Of a stretch of DNA of 64,000 bases, positions 39,487 to 50,124 are shown one piece after another. A model generated the notes under the pieces. That model worked only from the letters and a program-made list of their open reading frames with translations. It searched no databases and was not told where the DNA came from. Within the stretch, counting starts at the first letter, position 1. Each line of letters opens with the position of its first letter. A program made the position numbers and the translations under genes. Source of the stretch: Heptranchias perlo. Its lineage: Eukaryota. Location of the stretch: NCBI RefSeq assembly GCF_035084215.1, contig NC_090328.1:105896001-105960000 (forward strand), given 5' to 3'.

Positions 39487-40155
39487 GGAGATTTTAATTC
39501 TGCCTGTCCAGTTGAAACCAGGCAAGCAGGCGGTTAAAATTGCCTGGGAGACATGCCCACTAGCACCCCACTCCCTTCCCGCAGCCTTCAATTTTAACTT
39601 GCCCTTCTGAGCAGGTGGCAAAGACACCCACTGGGAACTGGCTGGGTCCTTCTTTAAATATGCAGCTCAGGCTCTGATGACATCATTGGGCCCGAACTGC
39701 TATTTTAACCAGTGACCTGAGCAGGGAAGCCATTGTAGTGAAGCTGGCAGGAAGAGCGATAGGGGCCAGAAGAGGCCCAAAGAGGTAAGTTTGTCAACTT
39801 TTCTTTTTTAACTTAACTTTCGGGGCCAGGAGGAGCAGGAGTGCTCATCTGGGCCACACAAGGAAATCAGTGGCCTCCCCTGCCCCAAGCTCTCCTCCCA
39901 TTTCCCAATCGCGAGACTTCCCAAAACCCCCTCCTCACGACTTAGCTGAGTGCTGGGGTCCATTCCTCCAGTTCCTGTCGGTGGCATCTTGCAGTCCGAT
40001 GTTCCACTCCTGCCCTCCAGCCAGCTGCCATTTCCCGCAGGTTTTGGGCGGACAATTGATCCCGAGTTTCCGGGCCTCACGTTGCCGGGGCCAGGGGGGG
40101 TTTCCCTATCGCTTCGACCTCATCCATTTGATTCCCACCCCAAGTTAAAATCAAG
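39487..40155. mobile_element. Non-autonomous Harbinger-type element
   Basis: GATTTTAA...GTTAAAATC ends; interior (TTAAATATGCAG, AGAGGCCC..AGGTAAGTTT, GGCCAGGAGGAGCAGGAGTGCTC) shared with 2964-3683. Confidence 0.6.
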
Positions 40156-40169
40156 GTTAGAAGACCAAA

Positions 40170-40580
40170 ACCAAAGGCTCCGTCTACCCTCTCAGGCGGA
40201 CATAAAAGATTCCATGGCATTATTCAAAGAAGAGCTGGGAAGTTCTTCTGATGTAAGCCATGGCTCAGTGGTATCACCCTTGCCTCTAAGTAATTCTAGA
40301 TTCTGGAAAAGCTGCCTATTTGTTATAAAATGGAGTCTTTAACATAAAATGGATTCTTTAATACAACCTTTCCTGCTAATGTTCCTAACAGTGTCCTGAC
40401 CAACATTGATCCCCTGACCAACACTATTAAAAGAGATTAACTGGTCATTTATCTCAGTTCTGTTCATCAGACCTTGCTGTTCACAAATTGGCTGCTGTAT
40501 ATCCCTACATTACAACAGTGACGACACTTCTGCGAAGCACTTTGGGGATGTCCCAAAATTAGGAAGGGTGCTATATCTTT
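40170..40580 (+). mobile_element. Fragmented DeuSINE sequences
   Basis: Deu core and tail pieces with an inserted SINE head at ~40255. Confidence 0.6.
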
Positions 40581-41644
40581 CTGGATGCTAGCTGTAGTGC
40601 ACCAGTCCAGCCCTCCCTTCATTGGAGAAGGAGACCTGTCACATTTACTGCTAGCGTCTAAAATCTGAGTGAGCTGCTACACACTGAGGTATGTTTGAGA
40701 GACATACCTCAGTGGTATTTTTACGGCATCATTTAGTTGATAGGTGAAAGGAGTAAGCAAAGTGGGCTCTTTATACTCTACCGAAAATGCTGAGAATTTC
40801 TAATTAATTATTATTTATAGGAAAAGGAAATAATGGGCTAGGGGAACAAGTCGGCACATGGGGTTAGGACTGCTGCTCATGTGGAGGGTAAACACCAGCA
40901 TGGGCTGATGGGGCCAAATGGCCTGTTTCCGATTTATAATTTCTGTATAATTTTGTTCCAAAAAGAATAACTGACTTTAAAAGATTTAAGTGCAAAAATG
41001 CTCAGCTTAATTCATATGCAGAGGATGATTTTATCTCCGCAGGGCCTGTTTCACCAACAAGCTATTGGTTTCTCACATTGACCCCATGGTGCTCGGCAGT
41101 GCAGACGACAAGTAGAACTAAAGCAATGTTGACATCTGCTGGTAAGATGATGTATTACAGTGCACCTTTGTACTGAACCTACAAAAAAGGGGTTAATTTA
41201 ATATCCTTTTAACAAAAACGATTTTCACCTAAATGGACAGTGACAAATTTGTCTCCAATTTTGTCAGCATCAAATCTATTTCTACGCAAAAGGTGAATTT
41301 CTCCTTCAGTTCTCGAAAAGTACTGGGCACTCACTGAAAGTATAATTCCACATGTGCCATCTTCAAAGTGGCCACCATTCTTTGGTGAGCTTTGATAGTG
41401 ATGGTTGGTAGGCCACCATGGAAGCATCAGAATCCAGGCTGACACTGTCCTCGGTGTACTTCAGCAGGCATCAGTCGTGAGAATCCAGGCCAATTTTCCC
41501 TCCCCTAGTCCAGGGACTCTGAAGCTAATTGTATCGCTTCCCCCCTGGCTGAAGTCAGCTTACTGAGTGCAGAGCGTGAATCAAACCTGGGACATTCCTA
41601 GCTCAGCTACCCAGTGGACAAACTCATAGGGGCCATCAGAGAAT

Positions 41645-42094
41645 TTCTTTTTTAGTTGTTGATGGGATGTGGGCGTCACTGACAAGGCCAGCATTTATTG
41701 CCCATCCCGAATTGCCCTTGAGAAGGTGGTGGTGAGCCGCCTTCTTGAACTGCTGCAGTCCGTGCGTAGCGAGATTGTACAACTGAGTGGCTTGCTAGGC
41801 CATTTCAGAGGGCAATTAAGAATCAACCACGTTACTGGGAGTCTGGAGTCACATATAGACCAGACCGGGTAGGGACGGCAGGTTTCCTTCCCTAAAGGGC
41901 ATTAGTGAACTAGATGGGTTTTTATGACAATCCAGTAGTTTCATGGCCACCATTACTGATTCTAACTTTTTATCCCAGATTTTATTTAATTAATTGAATT
42001 TTAAATTCCCAGCTGCCGTGGTGGGATTTGAACTCATGACTCTGGATTATTAGTCCATGCCTACTTGTAACATAACCACTATGCTACCGTACCC
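41645..42094 (-). mobile_element. Full-length tRNA-derived SINE ending in the Zenon-like LINE 3' tail
   Basis: Head GGGTACGGTAGCATAGTGG (A box), GAGTTCAAATCCC (B box); 41660-41765 matches the last ~105 nt of the LINE. Confidence 0.85.
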
Positions 42095-43852
42095 TAAGAA
42101 AGAATTTTAAAAACTCCCAACATATGAGTCAGGCAATTGAGCAACGTAGGTTCGAGCAGCCACTGTGCTGAGCTCCCAAGCTCAACTGCCTTGGATGGGG
42201 AGGGAAAATTAGATGATGGAAGTCCACGCCAGGTCACTCTGGCAGCCAGCTAAAGGGATGCAGGCCTTTTGCTTGCCCCATCACCATGGCAAATATGTGA
42301 GAAATAAGAGGGTTATATTCCCTCACCAGAGGATAATATGCCTCACAAAAATAAATAGTTCTCCTATTGTCTGACTGTTAGACTAATTCAGAGAGTAATG
42401 ATCATCAATAAGTGGAGTTGAAAGGAGGGCTAGTCTCTTTCTTTGTCTCTGCTAGGGTAAACCTAATTATGATTGGTGAAGGTAGTGCCAGTAGGTGGGT
42501 AGCACTACCCTTGTTAATTGGATTCTGCCTAGATACCAATGTCAGCACATGATGACATTGAAGTGTTGGAAAGCTGCCTTTTTGTGATCACTGCTACCAG
42601 ATACTAACATTCCCCGAACAACCAGCAGCAAAACTGTGTCCAGTGAAACGAAAAAGAAGTGACAATTTTTAGGTGAGTTGGGATACTGCAGGTACTGGCT
42701 TGACAGCAGTACCTGCTATTGAGCAGTGAGAACCAGTAGCATGGAATTATACTGTCAGCCATGCATTATTGTCTGGTCAGACAGCATAATATTCTGTACA
42801 TATATACTGAATGGATGTTTGATATTTGTTGACAGGACTGTTCATTTTTTATTAAAATTAAAAAGTTTAAATATTGTTGGTTTGAAATTGGGCTGTGTGA
42901 TATTGGTAACAAATGAATTAATGTTTTGGTATGAAATTCCTCCATCTGCTACTTTGGTGAAAGGGTTAGCCTATTTATTTTAAACAATCCGTGTTAAAAA
43001 ATAGAGTACAGAGGAATTACATTCATTTCAAATATGGAAAGGTAACTCCCACCAACCTTTGGCCGTTGTGGCATTGACAATAAATTCTTATGGGATCAAT
43101 TATCCTTTGCCTTTTGAAGTTTAGGCCCGTAGTAGGCCTTTCCCCAATGGACGTAGGTCCTCCTGGACCTATTGGGATAATTATCATAGAATCATGGAAT
43201 CATACAATTCAGAAGGAGGCCATTTGGCCCATCGCGCTTGTGCTGGCTTTTCCACTTCTGCTGGAATTTCCCAGATAGCCCGAGCATGGACCCAGATATG
43301 ACCCCAAGTCTTGCCATGACAGAAGGGAGGATGGGAAGAAGAACTTCTCCAATGCAATTTTCTGGGCAGTGTAAAGGGTGATAACTTAGCAGGTTCATTT
43401 TCTGCACCCCTCCCCCCACCCCACCCCCCTTACACCACCCTGTAAGAATTACCCCAAAATTACACAAAAAGGAACACACAATTTCTGGGCTAATAACTTA
43501 TTTGTCACTAAAGTGATTTTGTCTGGTCGAACAACAACTATCAAATAAACAGATAGTTAGAAAATTAAATAATTTACTTAACAATTCCAATTGTGACTCG
43601 TTCGAGGTTAGAAGTACAAAACTAATATTCTGAAAAAATTAATACAAATTATAATATTTTTCAGATAGCAAAATCCATCCAGGGCCTTCCTTTCAATTAT
43701 TGGATAAACAGATTCCTCCCATTGGATTTTTATTAATAAGGAACAAACCCAAAACTCAGGTACATATTAAACTAACTTGAATTTCTCCTTCTCCATCAAA
43801 TGTCTCTGTAATAGTATTTCTAGTTGTTAAAGGGCCTCTGCTTATGTATCAT

Positions 43853-44328
43853 GGCCCTGAAAATCTGCAGGAGACCCGCATGTGCTGAGAATGTGCCAAC
43901 CCACGGCCATCACTGCTGATCTTGCTGAAGTTCACGAGGTCAGGCGATGGGGCCAGAAGTGGGCTTTCAGCGGTTTGTGGAAGCACGTGTCTCCCCCATC
44001 AAAAACCCCGTAAACAGAGTTGGTTGCTGGGAGACTCGGCGGAGGGGGGCAGGGGCTCCCCCCCCCCCCCACCCAGTAGAGCTCTGGGTACCCTCCACAG
44101 CCAGCTTTCAAAGAGATCCACTTCGAACACTCCAACAAGAAAACATTCTGGGCTCCCTATCTTCAGGGGCCCAAGCTCCGACCCAGGAATGGGCTACCCA
44201 AGCAAACTCCACTTCCGTCTCTTTCAGCCAGGTACGCCTAGTAAGTCCAGCAGTACATGTACTGATCAGAAGCCAGGTTTTGACTAAGGGTCTAGGAGTG
44301 GGAACTCCTGACTTAGGGAGTTCTGGCC
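43853..44328. mobile_element. Probable Harbinger-type MITE
   Basis: GGCCCTGAAAAT start, GTTCTGGCC end, GC-rich interior. Confidence 0.4.
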
Positions 44329-44334
44329 TCTGAC

Positions 44335-44760
44335 TCTACCCTCTTTAATACTCTTCCCTTAAAAGATGCAGTGGTCTCTGTCTCAATGATTCTTGGTTGA
44401 AGAATATTCTGTACTCTCTCTAAAAAGAAACTTCTCCTAACCTCTCTCATCACTCTCAGTGACAATTTTAAATTAACGATCACTCATCACTGACTCCCCA
44501 ATCAGAGAAAATAGGCTTTTTCAATTTACCCTATCAAACTCTTAAAAACCTCCATTAAATCTCCTGTTAGTCTTCTCTATTCCTGTTCTAAAGTCTTTTC
44601 ATATTTAATGCCTCTCATTGCTGGAATCGTCTTGGTGAATCTACATAGTACACTCTTAGTGGCTTTAATGTCCTTTTTTATAAAGTTGCACCTCGTACTC
44701 TAACTGTGGCCTAAACATTGTCTCGTACAAATTTATCATGACATGTTGAATGTTGTACCC
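44335..44760 (-). mobile_element. Degraded CR1 ORF2 fragment
   Basis: Weak but collinear similarity to CR1 ORF2 C-terminus. Confidence 0.55.
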
Positions 44761-45878
44761 AGAATTTTGATGTTATGAAATTACATATTCATTACAAGTT
44801 TTAATTTACGCCCTTATGATGGAATAAATTCTGCATTGACTGTGTTTCAGTCATTAAAAACAATCTCTGGCGTGAGAAGAGGTTTTGTATTCATGCAAAG
44901 AAAAATTACACTATTTGCTTCAGGAAGCTGCAATAAATGGAAAGAGTGCCTTGGAGTTAATATCATCTCCAGTAGTTACTGGTTATTGAAAAAGAAAGCA
45001 CAATGAACTATTAATCCTTAATGAGCTGACTGAAATGACAGCCACTACGGGACTGGAGACTCATTTACAGATTTGTCTTGTTTCATTAGGCATGTTATGG
45101 AAATGTTGCACGACCTACTCCTGATTATCTTGAATAAGCTTAAAGGGTCCCCAGTGGAAACAACTTCAGTTGTGTTCAACCGTGAGCTGATATAAATTCT
45201 TAGTCAGTTTACCCACAGACAGAAAAAGATTAGTGCAGATTCCCTCAAGAAATCGCAATTCACTCCTCAATGAACACTATAGAAACACATTTAAATTTTT
45301 GGTAGCATTATCATATAAATGGGAAGGAGTAAGCAGGAATTATGGAGCAGCTTTAAGGACATATCAAAGATCATTTCTGGGCTACAAAGGTAATAATTCT
45401 TTTTTCGGTGATGGATTTTTATGTCAAAATGAGGCTCTTCAGTAGTCATTGGAAGTCATTCCATTTCAGACATGTAAGGACCGACTTTAGTCCTGCTCAC
45501 TTGATGGGATGGGGGCAGTTAAAACGGTCACATGCTTCCCTCTCCATTCTCCTTGCACTCCCGCCTGCCGCCATTTTAACTGCCGAATTTTTGCCGGTAC
45601 CTGAGCTGCCTGCCGCAGGAAGGTGGGGCCTCATTAATATGTCAATGAAATGATTCCCAGGAGTTAAGATCTCCCAGGCCTCACGCCACTGGGGGGATGG
45701 GTGGGGGGAGGGGAGGTGGACTGTTTGCCACCTGCATGACTCCCACCTGGAATTAAATTCGAGGCCATCGTACCAGCAGCAAGAGGCATGAGCTGCTTTG
45801 ATTTGGCCCATGGAACTCCAGGCGAGTTCTTTTCTTTCTTATGCAAAGCCAGTTTCAACTTAAGTTCTTTAAGCCTCC

Positions 45879-45998
45879 TGGAGCTGGAGGACTGGAAAAA
45901 GCAAAAAGGCTGCTTCCTGATTGAAGGACTTTCGAGCAATCAGGAAACAGTCTTTTTGCACCAATCATGATTCAGCCTTTGCCAGTCCTCCAGATCCA
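45879..45998. repeat. Nested inverted repeat (long hairpin)
   Basis: Inner arms GCAAAAAGGCTGCTTCCTGATTG / CAATCAGGAAACAGTCTTTTTGC (21/23), outer arms CTGGAGGACTGG / CCAGTCCTCCAG. Confidence 0.85.
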
Positions 45999-46784
45999 GA
46001 AGATGTGAAGACTTGAAGCTTCTGAGTTTTCAAGCTTAGGGAAGGAGGAAAGGAGGTTGAAGGGGAGGATGGGAAGAAAGGAGGGGGGGAGGGGAGATAG
46101 CAGAATGAGGAGTGGAAGGAGATTGAAGGTTGAAGCAAAGAGGAAGATTGAGGGGAAGGATGATGGGGAGGAGGGGGAAGCTTTGAATTCTTGTGTATGC
46201 ATTTACTCTGTTTGGAACTCTGAAAATGGAGGCTAAATAATAATGTTCTGCTCCCTATTGCCTGAAGGAAAGATGAGAAAGTTGCACAGAGACATAAATC
46301 AGGCCCAGTTGCACTCAAATTTGTGACCATATTTGCACTTTGCTGTTACATGTGGAGAAAAGAAGGTGGAATCTGATGGGAGACAGATAATTAAATTCTA
46401 AGCAGTGCTTTTCTTCAATATAAGCCAACGTGGATCCTTACTGCCAAAAGCTTAAATCTTGTTAAGCTATCATTTCCTGCCAAAAGGAACATAACGGAAA
46501 CCTTAATCTGTCTCATCTCTCTTTGGATTCAGACAGGCCGACAGCTTATTTCCAGCATATTTCAGGTATTTTTCCATCATTTTGTAAAATGCGTATATCA
46601 GTTACCAGATCATTAATGCAAATAGGCATATCATGTATTAACTAATTAGCCTATTACTTCTAAAATAAAACAAAGATACATCACGCAATTAATAGTGGAA
46701 TATATTTTATTAATTGTAACACAGAGCTGACAAGTTGACTCCTGCACAAAATCATGTAGAGCTTTTGAACAAAATTTCTCCCCT

Positions 46785-47071
46785 GTTCATAGAATCATAG
46801 AAAATTTATGGCACAGAAGGAGGCCATTCGGCCCATCATGTCCGCACCAGCTGAGAAATGAGCCACCCAGCCTAATCCCACTTTCCCGCATTTGGTCCAT
46901 AGGCCTGCAGGTCACGACTCTTCAGGTGGACATCCAGGTATTTTTTAAATGAGATGAGAGTTTCTGCCTCTATCACCCTCTCAGGCAGTGAGTTCCAGAC
47001 CCCCACCACCCTCTGGGTGAAAAAAAAATTCCTCATTTCCGCTCTAATCCTTCTACCAATCACTTTAAATC
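46785..47071 (-). mobile_element. CR1 3' end
   Basis: ORF 46872-47063 (RNFFFTQRVVGVWNSLPERV..GKWD); (ATTCTATG)n tail. Confidence 0.9.
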
Positions 47072-47956
47072 AGTTCAGTTCCATTCGCAACCCCTCAAAT
47101 AATGAAGCAGTCCGAGCCCGCATGCAGCAAGACCTGGACAACATCCAGGCTTGGGCTCATAAGTGGCAAGTAACATTTGCGCCAGATAAGTGCCAGGCAA
47201 TGACCACCTCCAACAAGAGAGAGGCTAACCACCTCCCCTTGACATTCAACGGCATTACCATCACCGAATCCCCCACCATCAACATCCTGGGGGTCACCAT
47301 TGACCAGAAACTTAACTGGACCATCCATATAAATACTGTGGCTACAAGAGCAGGTCGGAGGCTGGGTATTCTGCGGCAAGTGACTCACCTCCTGACTCCC
47401 CAAAGCCTTTCCACCATCTACAAGGCACAAGTCAGGAGTGTGATGGAATACTTTCCACTTGCCTGGATGAGCGCTGCTCCAACAACACTCAAGAAGCTCG
47501 ACACCATCCAGGACAAAGCAGCCCACTTGATTGGCACCCTATCCACTACCCTAAACATTCACTCCCTTCACCACCGGTGCACAGTGGCTGCAGTGTGTAC
47601 CATCCACAGGATGCACTGCAGCAACTCGCCAAGGCTTCTTCGACAGCACCTCCCAAACCCACGACCTCTATCACCTAGAAGGACAAGAGCAGCAGGCACA
47701 TGGCAACAACACCACCTGCACATTCCCCTCCAAGTCACACACCATCCCGACTTGGAAATATATCGCCGTTCCTTCATCGTCGCTGGGTCAAAATCCTGGA
47801 ACTCCCTTCCTAACAGCACTGTGGGAGAACCTTCACCACACGGACTGCAGCGGTTCAAGAAGGCGGCTCACCACCACCTTCTCAAGGGCAATTAGGGATG
47901 GGCAATAAATGCTGGATTTGCCAGCAACGCCCACATGCCATGAATGAATTTTTAAA
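47072..47956 (+). mobile_element. CR1-group (Zenon-like) LINE, 5' truncated
   Basis: ORF to 47895 ending KKAAHHHLLKGN; same 3' UTR as the other copies. Confidence 0.95.
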
Positions 47957-48024
47957 CATTTGGTGCTAAATTTAAGTCAACATGACTTAGTCTTGTAGGA
48001 AATGTGGGTCAGAGGGGTTAATTC

Positions 48025-49048
48025 TGTCACCCTGCAGCAATGAAATATGAGTCTCACCATCTCCGATGCTCAGGAAGGCTGACATGCCGCTTATTTCCAA
48101 AACCTCCTGCTCAGCATTTATGAGCTCCACAATCTGTGGCGGTCCACCTCCAGTCCTACCCCTTTACCTTGTATTTTGCGCTATTTTCTCCTGCATGGGG
48201 GCATGACAGACCTATAAGCGGCTGTAAGGAGGTTCCGATGGATAAAGTGCATTTGGTGAGGGTAACTATCAGGCAGATGTATCATGAGTGCCACTGGCAT
48301 GTATTTGAGGACAAAAGTTGAGAATTGAGTGTGCTGACTGAGGTGGGATCAGAATACATGAGGATTGGGGTGAATGGCAGTGGTGAATGGAGGAAGCGGG
48401 AAGTGATGAAGTGCATTTAAACCTAACGATGGGTACTGCTGAAACTTAAGTGGCTGTGAGGAGTTATTTGATGGAGTACGCTTGACAAGACAGAATGGGG
48501 GTGGGGGGAGAGGTGCACCTCAGGATGCAAGTGAATCTGCAACTTTGCTCACCTTTCCTGACCTGGTTAGGTCATTAAAACGCTTCCTCCACTGGATCCA
48601 CACCCTTATCACAACAGTCCTGCTGATCACCTCTTCAGCCACCTCCAGCAATGCCTTCTTCATTTTTTCTTGCCATTACTGGGGAAAAGGACCTCCTTCC
48701 TCGCCCTTACTGCACCCAGCAGTACGTCATGAGATGCTTCATTAAATCGGGGCACAGCCTTTGTCCTCCCTGATTCCCTTTCTACTTTTAATTATCAAAT
48801 ACAATTCATCCAACTCCTACAAATTCCATCTGTGCATTGGGCTTTAAATAGTCAAGGTGAAATCGCGTCATGTGTGTCCACATCACGCCCGCTCACGTGC
48901 ATTGAAGACACGGAACCCAAAAGTAAAATTATAAGGAGGCATCCCTGTTGAAATCAGACATTCCCACGCGTCTCACAATCTTCTGCGTTTTGCACCCGCT
49001 ATCGCCCTCCCCCCACTCAGATCCCGCCTCTGAATTATTATCGACCCC
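48025..49048 (-). mobile_element. Harbinger right arm with Myb/SANT exons 1-2
   Basis: TIR GGGGTCGAT at 49048; exon 1 PRFNEASHDVLLGAVRARKEVLFP..IQWRKRFNDLTRSGK|GTGAG; exon 2 TGCAG|EKIAQNTR*RGRTGGGPPQIVEL. Confidence 0.8.
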
Positions 49049-49269
49049 TTGATGTTTTGTAGATATTTCTTAAGGTTCAGCATATCTTCCAGAAAATATA
49101 TTGGATTCCTCAATGTCATTGTCTAAGTTTTCAAAAAGCTTTGGTGCAGTATTATGGATCATGTATCAATGACAATGGGTAAAATAGATTTCAAACGGCA
49201 TTGAAGAAATGTAAAAACACAATTATCTCGTTTCCAACTGATGACAGCAGTCAGGCAGAGTGAACATTA

Positions 49270-49860
49270 GGGTTTGCAGCTCTGGCTGGCTTTCCAAAAG
49301 TGCAGGATGCCATAGACTGCGCACACATGGCCATCAGTGCACCTCCTGACCAGCCAGGAGCCTTTATTAATCGTAAGCTCTTCCACTCCATTAAAGTTCA
49401 ACTGATGTGCAACCACAAGAAGAGCTTCATGCAGGTACTGTGTTTGATACCCAGGAAGCTGCCATGATGCCTTCATCCAATATCCCCCCATGTTTCAACC
49501 TGGAACCAGTCTTAGAGGATGGCTGCTTGAGGACAAGGGATATCCCCTTCTGTATTGACTGATGCCACCTCTTCAGAACCCCACCAATCCACCACAGAAC
49601 AGGTACAACAGTAGCCACATTGCCATAAGATGCAGCCCGTTGAGATGCTGAAGTTGAGGTTCAGGTGCCTTAATAGGTCTGGAGGTTCCCTTCAACACTC
49701 GCCAAACAGGAGTATCCAGAATAATTGTGGCATGCTGCATCCTGCATAATATCGCTCAATAAAGAGGACTGGAGGTGCAGGATGAAGGCCTGCAGTACTC
49801 ATCATCTGATGAGGAAGAGGATGGTGAAGAGAATGCTGGAGGACATGATACACAGTGTGA
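49270..49860 (+). pseudogene. Harbinger transposase (HARBI1-like DDE) catalytic-domain relic
   Basis: AGFPKVQDAIDCAH, FINRKLFHSI, YPGSCHDAFI, GWLLEDKGYP, LKLRFRCLNRSGGSLQ motifs across frameshifts. Confidence 0.88.
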
Positions 49861-50124
49861 GGAGCAGCACTTCACCTACAGATCGGTTACTCCTACCACT
49901 CTTATGTGACCAGACCCCTTGCACTAACAGCCCCTTAACCTTCACTCCATTGCTTTACAATTCTCCAATTTGTCACATGGAAAACATTGAGCCAACTTCC
50001 ACATCTATGTCATAATGACAAGGCAAACACAGAAACTGCTTGAAAGCAGACGGCACACAAAAGTGACAGAAGAGAGAAAGGTTTTAATGTGCACGAGAAA
50101 ATAAACTCCCAAGTGTGAACCCCA

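Noticed and set aside
42010-42094. tRNA gene
   Set aside because: A and B boxes belong to a SINE head; no full cloverleaf and it continues into a SINE body.
42549-42660. Box C/D snoRNA (ATGATGA at ~42549)
   Set aside because: No box D CTGA with a terminal stem at a suitable distance.
46954-47895. 313-aa ORF with a novel N-terminus
   Set aside because: Chance in-frame junction of antisense CR1 and a LINE fragment.
49270-49860. Host HARBI1 gene
   Set aside because: Frameshifts and stops; paired with a Myb relic and a TIR, so a transposon copy.
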